Assembly (NCBI GenBank): GCA_041751195.1
Contig: JBGSXX010000002.1
Coordinates: 35,839-99,838 of the forward strand
Direction: 5' to 3'
DNA from: Pyrinomonadaceae bacterium
GTDB taxonomy: Bacteria > Acidobacteriota > Blastocatellia > Pyrinomonadales > Pyrinomonadaceae
DNA length: 64,000 bases
Part shown: piece by piece, positions 38,880 to 49,201 of the stretch
Numbering within the stretch: position 1 is the stretch's first letter
Layout of the letters: each line of letters begins with the position of its first letter
Translations under genes and position numbers: made by a program
The notes under the pieces: generated by a model
What the model saw: only the letters and a program-made list of their open reading frames with translations
What the model was told of the DNA's origin: nothing
Databases searched by the model: none

Positions 38880-39044
38880 ACAATTTGATGCTCGAACTTT
38901 TGGCTCTCACTTAGTTGCACCTGGCCGCCAGGCATGGCAGCAACCCCGCCCTCTCGGCGGCCAAACCCAACGCGACCACGGAGAAGCCCGCCTCTTCCCC
39001 GACCGCCTCCGCCGCAAAACCGGGTGGCATTCGACCCAATTCTG

Positions 39045-39518
39045 TTACTTCTGGAGCGCTTTATTTACCATCCCCCAGCAAACGAACACGAGCTGTTTTG
39101 CGTAGAAAGTTTCCTCGTCGAATACCGAAATATCCGGAACTAACAATACGAACACCGAAGTCGGCTCAACTGACTGTATCGACACACCTTGCCAGCGTGA
39201 CTTAATTAGCACGTGAGCCACGTCGAGTCGTTCCCGGCACGCCGTCTCAGCTTCTTCGTCCTGTTTAGTCGGTTCGAATAAATAGCTGAACGGTTCGTCA
39301 AGCTTTACAAGGTGCCAATCATCCCCCCAGTCTTCTGACGCGACAATGCGCACTACCCTCCCAGAGCGCGGTAGGATACTTTCCATCTGGAGATTCTGGT
39401 CAAAGTAGCGAAGAATAATTTGCTCGCCGATCATAATTATCGTCAATATGGCGGAGGCAACTGAATAACACAAGGCACGGGCGGAGAGGAATGCATTGGC
39501 CCACGCCGTGCCGGGCAT
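39045..39518 (-). CDS. Hypothetical protein (possible N-terminal TM helix)
   Basis: 157-aa ORF starting 16 nt after the prfC stop. Start uncertain (internal Met residues). No motif recognised. Confidence 0.45.
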   Translation of the reverse strand: MPGTAWANAFLSARALCYSVASAILTIIMIGEQIILRYFDQNLQMESILPRSGRVVRIVASEDWGDDWHLVKLDEPFSYLFEPTKQDEEAETACRERLDVAHVLIKSRWQGVSIQSVEPTSVFVLLVPDISVFDEETFYAKQLVFVCWGMVNKALQK

Positions 39519-39534
39519 GTTTCCGTCTCTGGGA

Positions 39535-41133
39535 TCAGGCCGAGATGGTGGAGAGGTGGAGTTCGGGGCGGGTTTCTTCTACGCGTTGGAGGTGCCAGGC
39601 GCTGCGGAAGAGGAGGACAGGGTGGTCCTGGGCGTCGCGGAAGGTGTCGGTTTCGTAGAGCTGTTCGCCGGCGTTGAGGACCTCCCAGCCGGCGGTGACC
39701 CAGCGGGCGGCCATGTAGGGCATGCGGTCGAGGCGGGTTTCGACGCCGTACTCGGTGCGCAGGCGGAACTGGGCGACCTCGAACTGGAGTTCCCCGACGG
39801 CGGCGAGTATCGGCTCTTGTGAGCCTCCGCCGGCGACGGGCTGCAGCACCTGGATGGCCTTTTCTTCCTGAAGCTGCGCGATGCCTTTCTGAAACTTCTT
39901 GGCGAGGGAAGTGTTCGGGTTGCGAATGCGGGCGAAAAGTTCGGGCGAGAACGTGGGGATCGGCGGGAACTTGACGGGCTCGCCGGTGTACAAGGTGTCG
40001 CCGATGGTGAAGGCTCCGGGATTGTTGAGGCCGAGCACGTCGCCGGGGAACGCTTCGTCCATGGACTCGCGTTCGCGGGCGAAGAGCTTTTGCGGACGCG
40101 TTAGTCGAAGCTTTTTGCCGGTACGGGCGTTCGTCACGGTCATATCTTTGATGAACATGCCGGAGCAGATGCGGACGAACGCGAGGCAGTCGCGGTGACG
40201 CGGGTCCATGTTCGCCTGAAGCTTGAAGACGAAGCCGGTGAACTCTTCGTAGGTCGGGGCGATCGGGCCGATGGAGCTTTCGCGTGGGCCGGGAAGCGCG
40301 GAGAATTCGAGGAATGAAGTAAGGAACGGTTCGACGCCGAAATTCGTCATGGCGCTGCCGAAGAAGACGGGCGTTTTGGCACCGGTCAGGATGGCTTCGC
40401 GATCGAGTTCGGCTCCGGCGATGTCGAGCATTTCGAGATCGTCGAGAAGTTTGCTGTGGAGCTTTTCGCCGATCAGCCCGGCGACGGACGGATCCGAGAG
40501 AGCGACGACGGACTCTTCGGCCTGACGGCGGCCGCGCGGGTTGCGGTCGTAGAGGTGGACCTGTTTGGTCATGCGGTTGTAGATGCCGCGGAAATCTTCC
40601 CCGTCGCCGATGGGCCAGTTGACGCAATAGACCGCGAGGCCGAGTTCGCGTTCGATCTCGTCGATGAGCTCGAGCGGATCGCGGGCGGGGCGGTCCATTT
40701 TGTTGATAAACGTGAAGATCGGAATGGCACGCAGGCGGCAGACCTCGAAGAGTTTGCGCGTCTGGGTTTCGAGGCCTTTTGCGGCGTCGACAAGCATCAC
40801 GGCGTTGTCGGCAGCGGTCAGCGTGCGGTAGGTGTCTTCGCTGAAATCGTGATGGCCCGGGGTGTCGAGGAGGTTGAGATGGTGGCCGAGGTATTCGAAC
40901 TGAAGCACTGTCGATGTGATGGAGATGCCGCGCTGCTGTTCGAGCGCCATCCAATCGGACGTAGCGGCGCGTTCGGCACGGCGGTTTTTAACGGCGCCCG
41001 CTTCCTGAATCGCTCCGCCGTAAAGGAGAAGCTTTTCAGTGAGTGTGGTCTTTCCCGCGTCAGGATGCGAAATGATCGCGAAGGTCCTGCGCTTGGCCGT
41101 CGCTGCGGCGATGCTTGTTGTGTTCTCGGACAT
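39535..41133 (-). CDS. prfC: Peptide chain release factor 3
   Basis: 532 aa. GTPase motifs [20 protein letters not shown] and NKMD. Overall RF3 layout. Confidence 0.95.
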   Translation of the reverse strand: MSENTTSIAAATAKRRTFAIISHPDAGKTTLTEKLLLYGGAIQEAGAVKNRRAERAATSDWMALEQQRGISITSTVLQFEYLGHHLNLLDTPGHHDFSEDTYRTLTAADNAVMLVDAAKGLETQTRKLFEVCRLRAIPIFTFINKMDRPARDPLELIDEIERELGLAVYCVNWPIGDGEDFRGIYNRMTKQVHLYDRNPRGRRQAEESVVALSDPSVAGLIGEKLHSKLLDDLEMLDIAGAELDREAILTGAKTPVFFGSAMTNFGVEPFLTSFLEFSALPGPRESSIGPIAPTYEEFTGFVFKLQANMDPRHRDCLAFVRICSGMFIKDMTVTNARTGKKLRLTRPQKLFARERESMDEAFPGDVLGLNNPGAFTIGDTLYTGEPVKFPPIPTFSPELFARIRNPNTSLAKKFQKGIAQLQEEKAIQVLQPVAGGGSQEPILAAVGELQFEVAQFRLRTEYGVETRLDRMPYMAARWVTAGWEVLNAGEQLYETDTFRDAQDHPVLLFRSAWHLQRVEETRPELHLSTISA

Positions 41134-41359
41134 TGTGTTGCTGCTTGTTTGATCAGTTCCTCAAACTCAATGATATAGGAAAAGGGAAAGACGAGCATGC
41201 AGAGACACCAGCGAACAGGTCCCGGAGAGACGCCGAGCCGAGCATTTCAAAAACATTGTTTAAAACATTAGGCTTCTGGGGTGAATTAGTGTACTGTTGA
41301 ATTCCACGCATTTCTATTGTGCGCGATTCGCCAGATCGAGATCTACAATAGAAGCCCGA

Positions 41360-42889
41360 ATGAATATCCCACAACCTACTCCGCACGAAATCCACACTTC
41401 GGAAACCAGATACCGGCGTCTCTTTGAGGCCACCCAAGACGGCATCTTGATACTCAATGCTGTAACTCTCCAAATCACAGGCGTTAACCCGTTCATGATG
41501 GAATTTCTCGGATATTCGAGAGATGAATTCCTGGGAAAGGAGCTTTGGGAGATCGGGCTTTTCGGCGATAAAGGCGCCAGCCAGACAGCTTTCAAGGTGC
41601 TTCAGGAAACGGGGTATCTGCGATACGAGGACCTTCCACTCGAAACGCGCGGCGGCAAACGCCGTGAGGTGGAATTTGTCAGCAACGTCTATGACGAAGA
41701 TGGCCAGCAGGTCATTCTTTGCAACATCCGCGACATTACGGAACGCCGACAGCAGGAAGTGCTCAGGGAACGACTCGCCGCGATCGTCAAATCGTCGGAT
41801 GATGCGATCATCAGTACGGACCTTGAAAGCATCGTGACCACGTGGAACTCGGCAGCTGAAAAGATGTTCGGCCATACGGAAGCCGAGATGCTCGGCAAGT
41901 CGCAGTCGCTGATCATTCCGACCGACCGAGAAGATGAGGTCGTTCGTATTCTCGATATGATCAAGCGAGGCGAGACGCTGAATCACTTTGAAACAGAGCG
42001 AATCGGTAAAGACGGCAGATCGATCGACGTCTCGGTCACGATTTCCCCGATCAAAGACGAAGACGGAAATATAACCGGTGCGTCGAAGATCGCTCGCGAT
42101 ATCAGCGAACTGAAGCGGGCCGTTAAAGAGATCCGCAATCTCAACGCACAGTTAGAGCAGCGGGTGACTGATCGAACAGCACAGCTACAGGCAGCGAACG
42201 ATGAGTTGGAGTCGTTTTCCTATTCGGTGTCGCACGATCTGCGAGCTCCTCTGCGCCACATTAGCGGTTTTAGCGGAGCGTTGCTCGAGGATTATGGCGA
42301 TGTTCTGGATGAGATCGGAAAAGGATATCTAACCGAGGTTCGCGAAGCGACAAGGGAGATGTCCCGGCTGATCGACGACGTTTTGCAGCTCGCTCGTGTT
42401 ACCAGAACAGAAATAACTCCCGAGCCGATCAACCTTAGCGAAATGGCCCTGTCGGTGGTCGATGCTCTGCAAACGGAATTTCCCGACAGGAGTGTCAAGG
42501 TCGCGATCAGTGAAGGGCTCTCGGCACGCGGCGACAAGCGGTTAATGCATATCTTGCTCACCAATCTACTGGGCAATGCCTGGAAATTCACGTCAAAAAC
42601 CGAGAATGCCGAGATCACTTTCGGTCAGGAAGAAGTCGAAGGGGAGTCCGTCTTTTTTGTACGTGATAACGGCTCCGGATTCGACATGGCATTTTCAGAC
42701 AAACTTTTTGGTGCGTTTCAACGCCTACACGGAAGTGACGAATTCGAAGGAACCGGCATCGGTCTCGCCACAGTTCAACGCATCGTTAACAGGCATGCCG
42801 GCCGCGTCTGGGCAGACGGTAAGGTGGATAACGGTGCGACCTTTTACTTCACGTTGCCGGCCATAAAAGGAATCGAAAATGAAAAATAG
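41360..42889 (+). CDS. PAS-domain sensor histidine kinase
   Basis: ORF 41297..42889; I preferred the ATG at 41360 (MNIPQPTP). Two PAS modules, a coiled-coil linker, H-box SVSHDLRAPLRHI and HATPase boxes (NLLGNAWKF, DNGSGF, GTGIGLA). Confidence 0.9.
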   Translation: MNIPQPTPHEIHTSETRYRRLFEATQDGILILNAVTLQITGVNPFMMEFLGYSRDEFLGKELWEIGLFGDKGASQTAFKVLQETGYLRYEDLPLETRGGKRREVEFVSNVYDEDGQQVILCNIRDITERRQQEVLRERLAAIVKSSDDAIISTDLESIVTTWNSAAEKMFGHTEAEMLGKSQSLIIPTDREDEVVRILDMIKRGETLNHFETERIGKDGRSIDVSVTISPIKDEDGNITGASKIARDISELKRAVKEIRNLNAQLEQRVTDRTAQLQAANDELESFSYSVSHDLRAPLRHISGFSGALLEDYGDVLDEIGKGYLTEVREATREMSRLIDDVLQLARVTRTEITPEPINLSEMALSVVDALQTEFPDRSVKVAISEGLSARGDKRLMHILLTNLLGNAWKFTSKTENAEITFGQEEVEGESVFFVRDNGSGFDMAFSDKLFGAFQRLHGSDEFEGTGIGLATVQRIVNRHAGRVWADGKVDNGATFYFTLPAIKGIENEK

Positions 42890-43319
42890 AACCATATTGC
42901 TCGTCGAAGACAATGCGCGCGACGAGGCTCTGACACTGCGTGCGTTGAAGAAAAGCGGAATCGCGAATGAGATAATCGTGACCCGCGACGGCGTCGAGGC
43001 GCTGGAGTACTTATTTGGCACCGGCAAATATGAGGGCCGAGATGTTTCGATCCTGCCCCATCTGGTCATGCTAGATCTTAAATTGCCCAAGTTGGACGGA
43101 CTGCAGGTGCTAGCTCGATTACGCGAGGACGAGAGGACCAAGCGTCTGACGGTGGTAATGTTCACCTCATCCAGCGAAGAGGAAGACATGATAAAGAGTT
43201 ATGACCTGGGAGCGAATAGCTATGTCCGTAAGCCAGTGGATTTTGAACAGTTCGCAGAAGTGACACAGAAGTTGGGCATCTATTGGTTCAACCTGAATGA
43301 GCCGGTTCCATCGCATTAG
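42879..43319 (+). CDS. Stand-alone response-regulator receiver protein
   Basis: 146 aa. LLVEDN..., phospho-acceptor context VMLDLKLPKLDG, and the conserved T/S and K (FTSS..., RKP). Overlaps the kinase stop by 11 nt. Confidence 0.9.
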   Translation: MKNRTILLVEDNARDEALTLRALKKSGIANEIIVTRDGVEALEYLFGTGKYEGRDVSILPHLVMLDLKLPKLDGLQVLARLREDERTKRLTVVMFTSSSEEEDMIKSYDLGANSYVRKPVDFEQFAEVTQKLGIYWFNLNEPVPSH

Positions 43320-43328
43320 TGACATCAA

Positions 43329-46300
43329 ATGCAGAAGTCATTGCGTATTTTAAATGTAGAAGATTCGGAGCGCGATAGTTCGCTCTTGAAGCGTCATTTG
43401 ATTTCGGCCCAGTACGAGCTGACCGCTTGGCAGCGCGTGGACACACCGGATGAGATGCTGGCGGCGCTTGAGTCATCGGAATGGGATATCGTGCTGTGCG
43501 ATTACGCGATGCCCCGTTTTGACGCTCTGAAGGCTTTAGCACTTCTGCGACAGACCGGCATCGACGTTCCTTTCATCATTATTTCGGGTACTGTGGGCGA
43601 GGAGGTTGCGGTCGAGGCAATGCTCAGCGGTGCTCACGATTATTTGTCGAAGGACAATCTCGTCCGGCTCGTTCCTGCGATTGAACGCGAGCTTAAAGAA
43701 GCTCAGAACCGCCGCGGACTACGCGAGTCAGAAACGGCAAGGAGTGTCAGCGAGGCGCGATATCGCGCGTTATTTGACTACGCTCCTGACGGCATCATTA
43801 TTTCCGGGCCCGATGACTACTACCTCGATGCCAACGCGAGCATGTGTGCGATGCTCGGTTATGAACATCGCGAACTGGTGGGCCTGCATGCCTCGGACAT
43901 CGTGATCAGATCAGAGGCCCGCGAGCTCGATTCGGAGTTTGCTCTGGTACAAAGCACTCCGGACTACAACCGCGAGTGGCATTTCAAACGAAAAGACGGG
44001 TCCGTGTTTCCCGCAGAGGTGATCGCAACGATCATGCCTGACGGGAATTTGTTGGCGATGATACGGGATATATCGGAGCGCAACCACACCGCAGAATCTT
44101 TGCGGGTCGTCGCTAGAGAAAAAGACGAATCGCTCGCCCTGATCGACACGATCCTGTCTCGCGCACCTATCGGCTTTGCCTTTCACGATCGCGACATGCG
44201 ATATGTTCGCATCAACGGAACGCTTGCTGACATAAACGGGCTAAGCGTGGAGCAGCATTTAGGTCAAACGCCTCACCATATCCTTCCGAAGACGGCGCCG
44301 ATCCTAGAGCCGCTGATCCGCGGCGTTCTGGAAACTGGTGAACCTGTCATTGACTATGAACTCCGCGGCGAGACCCTTGCGGAACCTGGGGCCGCCAAGG
44401 ACTGGATCGCGAGCTTTTACCCGGTCGGTATCGAAGGCGGCGAGGTCATCGGTGTCGGTGTGCTTGTTACCGACATTACGGAACATAAGAAAGCAGAAGA
44501 CGAACTTCGCGAGAGCGAATACCTGCTTGCAGCGTCGCAGCGGATAACCCATCTGGGAAGCTGGGTAATGGAACTTTCTGACGCCGGAGAGTGGCAGAAA
44601 GAACGCTGGTCTGACGAGCATTATCGGATCTTTGGCTTTGAACCGGGCGAGTTCGAGATCACAGATGAGAATTTCTATAAATGCATTCATCCCGACGATC
44701 GGGAACGCCTTGCCAAGACAATTGCGGATGCATTGGAGGACCAAGAATCGTTTGATATCGAGCACCGCATTATCCTGCCCGATGGCAGCGAACGCATCAT
44801 TCATGCTATAGCGGAGATGGTCGTCGACCCAAAGACGGGTAAGCCGCAGAAACTAGTCGGATCCGTTCAGGACATTACCGAACGAAGAAACGCAGAGGAA
44901 GCACTAAGGGCTACTGAAGAGCGGTATCGAGAACTGGTCGAAAACGCGCTCGATATTATTTATACCCACGATCTTGAAGGCAACTATACCTCCGTCAATA
45001 AGGCTGCCGAAACGCTAACCGGTTTTACCAAAGACGAAATTTTGGCGATGAATATTGCCGATGCGATCTCGAGCGAGGATCTCGAGACAGCGAAGAATAT
45101 AGTCGGGGCAAAACTAGCTGGCGAAGACGCGCCAGCTCATGAAGTCGAACTTTTAACGAAAGACGGCAATGGGGTGATGGTCGAGGTCAACTCACGAATC
45201 ATTTACGAGAATGGAATCCCTATTGGAGTACAGGGGATCGCACGTGACATCACTGAACGCAAACGCGCGGAGGCGACCTTGCTTGAGAGCGACGAAAAAT
45301 TCCGGCAGCTTGCGGACAATATTACCGATGTGTTCTGGATACGTTCGCCGGACATGAGCAAGATCTATTACATAAGTCCTGCCTATGAACAGATCTGGGG
45401 TCGCAAATTGAGAAGCGATTATGCCGATCCCCACGAATGGCAAGATTTCATCGTTCCGGAAGATCGCCAACGCGTTAAAAAAGCCTATGCCGGGCTTATG
45501 GGCGATGAAACTAAGATCGAGGTAGAGTTTCGCATCCTTCGGCCCGACGGAGAGCAGCGTTGGCTTCGGGCCAAAGGCTTCCAGGTTAAAGATGCAAGCG
45601 GCGAAGTTATTCGTCTCGCCGGAATTAATACGGACATCACACAGACGAGACAGGCCGGAGCGGAGATGGAGCAGATGCTTCAGCGACTCAAGGATGCCCA
45701 GCGAATTGGTCAGATCGGAGACTTTACATGGGATAAAGCGACTGGGGCGATCACATGGTCGCATGAGATCTTTGAGATCGTCGGTCGCGATCCCCAACTT
45801 GGGCCACCCAAAGACTATCAGGAGATGCAGGACTATTTTGACACTCCTAGCAGAGAGGTGATGGATGTGAAGACAGCCCTCGCCATTGGGTCCGGTGAGT
45901 CACAGGAATACGAACTCGTCGCCGTGCGGCCGGACGGTGAACGTGTATATATCCAAGCGATGAGCGAGCCGAGAAAAGACTCAGGCGGCGAAGTTTTGGG
46001 CCTTAGAGGTACGATTCAGAATATCTCGATCCGAAAAGAGGCGGAAGCCTCTCTTGAGCGAAGCGAAATTCGTTATCATTCGCTTTTCGAGAACATGATC
46101 GAGGGCTATGCCTACTGCGAAACAGTGTTTGAGGGGGATAAGCTTAAAGATTTTGTCTACACTGAGGTCAACGGCGCGATGGAAAAGCTGACCGGATTGA
46201 CCGATGTCGTTGGAAAAAAGGTAAGTGACGTCGTCCCTGGGCTTGCGAAAACCAACCCCGAAGTTTTTGAGGTCTTTGGACGTGTGGCTTTAACTGGTGA

Positions 46301-48518
46301 ACCTGAGAAAATCGAGACCTATCTTGAACCTTTGGAGATCTGGCTCTCCATTGCTGTTTATAGCTCGAGTCGGGAGAATTTTGTTGCCGTGTTCGACAAT
46401 ATTACCGAACGAAAGCGCGCTGGTAGCTTATTGATCGAAAGTCAGCAGAGGTTGGCGTTAGCGACCGAATCGGCGAGCATCGGTATCTGGGACTGGGACC
46501 TCGTTGCGGATACGATGAAGTGGGACGCCCGGATGTACGACCTGTACGGCAACCACGATGAGGACTTCGCCGGGTCGAGTCAAACATGGAATCTCAACCT
46601 TCACCCAGAAGATGTCGAACGAGTCTATGCCGAGTACGCCGCTGTGATCGAGGGAACTGGAGAATACCACTCCGAATTTCGCGTCGTATGGCCGAACGGC
46701 GAGGTGCGTCATCTGGAATCGAGCGCGACGATACTGCGTGCTGAAGACGGAACCGCACTGCGTTTCATCGGCGTCAACTGGGACATAACTGAACGCAAGG
46801 TTGCTGAAGAGACATTGAGAGAGGCAGACCAGCGGGCGATCCGCGAATATGGGCTGCTGCTTAACAGAGTGGCGAAACTTGCCCTGGCCCTTGGTGACGC
46901 GCGTGACCTGGAGACCGTCTATGAAGAGCTTTGCGAATTCGCTTTCGTTTCGACAGGAATGGACGGATTTTTTATCTCGCTGTTTGATGCGAAACAAAAA
47001 ACACGCACTGCTGCGTATGTATGGAGCGAGGGAGTCAAGGTTGACGCACCGAGCCTGCCTCCAATGGAGATGGGTAAAAGCCCACACAGCCGTGCTGTTT
47101 TAACCGGTGAGACGATCATAACCGATGATTTTCAAAATGCGATGGACGGCCAGCCGGTGATCCACCTCAATGGCGATCTTCCTCAGTCGTCTTTAGTCGT
47201 ACCAATGTCGGTTATGGGCAAGATCGTCGGCGGTGTCGAGGTTCAAAGCAACCACCTTGCTGCCTTTACGGATAGCCATGCGACTGCGATGCAGATGGCC
47301 GCAAATCTGGCGGCAAATGCGATCGAGAATGTTCGACTCCTTGACATCGAGCGGGTACAGGCCGAGCAGCTTCGCCAATCGCAGAAAATGGAAGCTATCG
47401 GAGTTTTGGCGGGCGGCATCGCTCATGACTTCAACAATCTTCTCACCGCGATAAATGGCTTTAGCGATCTGACCCTCAGAAAGATGGAGCCTAACAATCC
47501 GTTTCGGCACAGCATTCAGGAAATCGGTAAAGCGGGCAGGCGTGCGGCAGAACTGACCAGTCAGCTGTTAACTTTCAGCCGCAAACAGGTGCTGGTCCCA
47601 TCTGTGATCAATCTAAACTCAGTCGTTTCGAACATCGAGGCAATGCTGCGTCGAGTCATCCGGGAAAGCATCGAGCTTAAGGTCAAACTCGAGCCGAAAC
47701 TCGGGAATGTTATGGCCGATCCGGGACAGGTCGAGCAAGTGATCATGAACCTTGCGATCAACGCCCGCGATGCGATGCCGGACGGTGGACATCTGACGAT
47801 CGAGACCAAAAACGTTTATCTGGACGCGAATTATGTGGAACAGCATTTTATGGTTTCCGGCGGCCACTTTGTCCGCATGACCATCACAGATACCGGCGAA
47901 GGAATGGACGCGATGACGCGATCGCACATTTTTGAGCCTTTCTTTACGACCAAAGAGGTAGGCAAGGGAACAGGCCTTGGGCTTGCGACCGTCTACGGCA
48001 TCGTCAAGCAATCCGGGGGGACGATCTCGGTTTACAGCGAGGTGGGACACGGCAGCAGCTTTAGGGTCTATTTGCCCTGCGTTGACCAGGAGGTAGAACA
48101 GCCTTCGTGGCCCAGTGAAGTTGAAGCGATGGGAGCCGGGACCGAAACGATATTGTTGGTCGAGGACGAAGATGCAGTTCGAAGCTTTGTGACCGAGGTA
48201 TTGGAAGACAGCGGATACAAGGTCTTGCCGGCGGAAAACGGTCCCAACGCGTTGACGCTCTGCCAAAATTACTCTGAACCGATCGACCTGCTGATCTCAG
48301 ATGTAATAATGCCGAAAATGGGCGGGGCCGAGCTGAAGAATCAAGTGGTCAATTTGATCCCCGGCATCAAGGTTCTTTTCATTTCAGGTTATACCAATGA
48401 TTCGATGGCCGGGCGCGGCATCGACGACCCGAACCTCGCCTTCCTCGAAAAGCCATTCACGCCCGACAGCCTCACCCGAAAAGTTCGCGAGGTTCTGGAA
48501 CGCGAAGTTTCAAACTAG
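43329..48518 (+). CDS. Giant hybrid sensor histidine kinase (REC, multiple PAS/PAC, GAF, HisKA, HATPase, REC)
   Basis: 1729 aa. N-terminal receiver (DIVLCDYAMPRFD). At least seven PAS/PAC-like repeats, each ending in ...DITERK/R. GAF-like segment. H-box GGIAHDFNNLL. NLAINARDAM, DTGEGM and GKGTGLGL. C-terminal receiver (DLLISDVIMPKMGG). Confidence 0.9.
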   Translation: MQKSLRILNVEDSERDSSLLKRHLISAQYELTAWQRVDTPDEMLAALESSEWDIVLCDYAMPRFDALKALALLRQTGIDVPFIIISGTVGEEVAVEAMLSGAHDYLSKDNLVRLVPAIERELKEAQNRRGLRESETARSVSEARYRALFDYAPDGIIISGPDDYYLDANASMCAMLGYEHRELVGLHASDIVIRSEARELDSEFALVQSTPDYNREWHFKRKDGSVFPAEVIATIMPDGNLLAMIRDISERNHTAESLRVVAREKDESLALIDTILSRAPIGFAFHDRDMRYVRINGTLADINGLSVEQHLGQTPHHILPKTAPILEPLIRGVLETGEPVIDYELRGETLAEPGAAKDWIASFYPVGIEGGEVIGVGVLVTDITEHKKAEDELRESEYLLAASQRITHLGSWVMELSDAGEWQKERWSDEHYRIFGFEPGEFEITDENFYKCIHPDDRERLAKTIADALEDQESFDIEHRIILPDGSERIIHAIAEMVVDPKTGKPQKLVGSVQDITERRNAEEALRATEERYRELVENALDIIYTHDLEGNYTSVNKAAETLTGFTKDEILAMNIADAISSEDLETAKNIVGAKLAGEDAPAHEVELLTKDGNGVMVEVNSRIIYENGIPIGVQGIARDITERKRAEATLLESDEKFRQLADNITDVFWIRSPDMSKIYYISPAYEQIWGRKLRSDYADPHEWQDFIVPEDRQRVKKAYAGLMGDETKIEVEFRILRPDGEQRWLRAKGFQVKDASGEVIRLAGINTDITQTRQAGAEMEQMLQRLKDAQRIGQIGDFTWDKATGAITWSHEIFEIVGRDPQLGPPKDYQEMQDYFDTPSREVMDVKTALAIGSGESQEYELVAVRPDGERVYIQAMSEPRKDSGGEVLGLRGTIQNISIRKEAEASLERSEIRYHSLFENMIEGYAYCETVFEGDKLKDFVYTEVNGAMEKLTGLTDVVGKKVSDVVPGLAKTNPEVFEVFGRVALTGEPEKIETYLEPLEIWLSIAVYSSSRENFVAVFDNITERKRAGSLLIESQQRLALATESASIGIWDWDLVADTMKWDARMYDLYGNHDEDFAGSSQTWNLNLHPEDVERVYAEYAAVIEGTGEYHSEFRVVWPNGEVRHLESSATILRAEDGTALRFIGVNWDITERKVAEETLREADQRAIREYGLLLNRVAKLALALGDARDLETVYEELCEFAFVSTGMDGFFISLFDAKQKTRTAAYVWSEGVKVDAPSLPPMEMGKSPHSRAVLTGETIITDDFQNAMDGQPVIHLNGDLPQSSLVVPMSVMGKIVGGVEVQSNHLAAFTDSHATAMQMAANLAANAIENVRLLDIERVQAEQLRQSQKMEAIGVLAGGIAHDFNNLLTAINGFSDLTLRKMEPNNPFRHSIQEIGKAGRRAAELTSQLLTFSRKQVLVPSVINLNSVVSNIEAMLRRVIRESIELKVKLEPKLGNVMADPGQVEQVIMNLAINARDAMPDGGHLTIETKNVYLDANYVEQHFMVSGGHFVRMTITDTGEGMDAMTRSHIFEPFFTTKEVGKGTGLGLATVYGIVKQSGGTISVYSEVGHGSSFRVYLPCVDQEVEQPSWPSEVEAMGAGTETILLVEDEDAVRSFVTEVLEDSGYKVLPAENGPNALTLCQNYSEPIDLLISDVIMPKMGGAELKNQVVNLIPGIKVLFISGYTNDSMAGRGIDDPNLAFLEKPFTPDSLTRKVREVLEREVSN

Positions 48519-48730
48519 CCCCTACCCTGCGATTCACAGACCGGGATGCGCTTACCCACCCGCGAACCTAAGAATCTACGCGTTTTCTCCTCGACTGTGT
48601 TCTATCACGCAATGCGAATATTTGGGTCGGACGGGTTCTGCGTCCCAAAGTTGAAGCCTTGCCATGATATCGAGCGATGATGGACTGCGTGTGGCTGCGC
48701 ACATACGTATCTACCCCAATGACGTAATCT

Positions 48731-48919
48731 ATGATTACGATGGAAGACAAAGATGTAAAAAAGGAAAGAGGTGAAACTGACGGGGGGGTTGAATGCCGAT
48801 GGTGCGATGCACTTCTCACTTGGGCAAATCACACAACCCCGGGTGTATGTCTCCGTTGCAATACGCTCCTAACCGCAGCTGGACTTGATCACACAGAGAT
48901 CTTTGGCCACCCCTCGTAA
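48731..48919 (+). CDS. Possible small zinc-ribbon protein
   Basis: 62-aa ORF with CRWC...CLRC, followed by a hairpin plus T-run (AAAAAGCCGGA...TCCAGCTTTTT). The start could instead be the internal MEDKD. Weak support. Confidence 0.3.
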   Translation: MITMEDKDVKKERGETDGGVECRWCDALLTWANHTTPGVCLRCNTLLTAAGLDHTEIFGHPS

Positions 48920-49000
48920 GGCCCGATAATCAAATGAAAAAGCCGGATTTCGCGTCCAGCTTTTTGCATTTATCTATCTATGGTCCGGTAAGGTTGAGAT

Positions 49001-49077
49001 TGGTACACCCGGCATGATTCGAACATGCGACCTCTTGATTCGTAGTCAAGCACTCTATCCAGCTGAGCTACGGGTGC
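49001..49077 (-). tRNA. tRNA-Arg (anticodon ACG), CCA encoded
   Basis: The reverse complement GCACCCGTAGCTCAGCTGGATAGAGTGCTTGACTACGAATCAAGAGGTCGCATGTTCGAATCATGCCGGGTGTACCA folds as a cloverleaf. The anticodon loop is CTACGAA. Confidence 0.9.
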
Positions 49078-49201
49078 TCGCAAAGCGAATAATTAGATTA
49101 CGAAGCGGAGGGGGAGGTGTCAAGTTAGGGCCGGGCGTAGTGTCGTGCGGCGCTGTAATGGAAGGTCCCCGTCGCTGCTGCTCCGGGTACTGACCTGACG
49201 A

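Noticed and set aside
39443-40954. A 503-aa Arg/Pro-rich ORF on the minus strand.
   Set aside because: It overlaps prfC in another frame of the same strand. Its composition (R/P/H-rich, low complexity) is typical of shadow ORFs in GC-rich DNA, and prfC has unambiguous motifs.
48519-49201. A possible integrative element at tRNA-Arg, given the AT-richer non-coding DNA around the tRNA.
   Set aside because: I could see no integrase, excisionase or phage-like gene, and no duplicated tRNA 3' end. The flanking genes are ordinary chromosomal genes.
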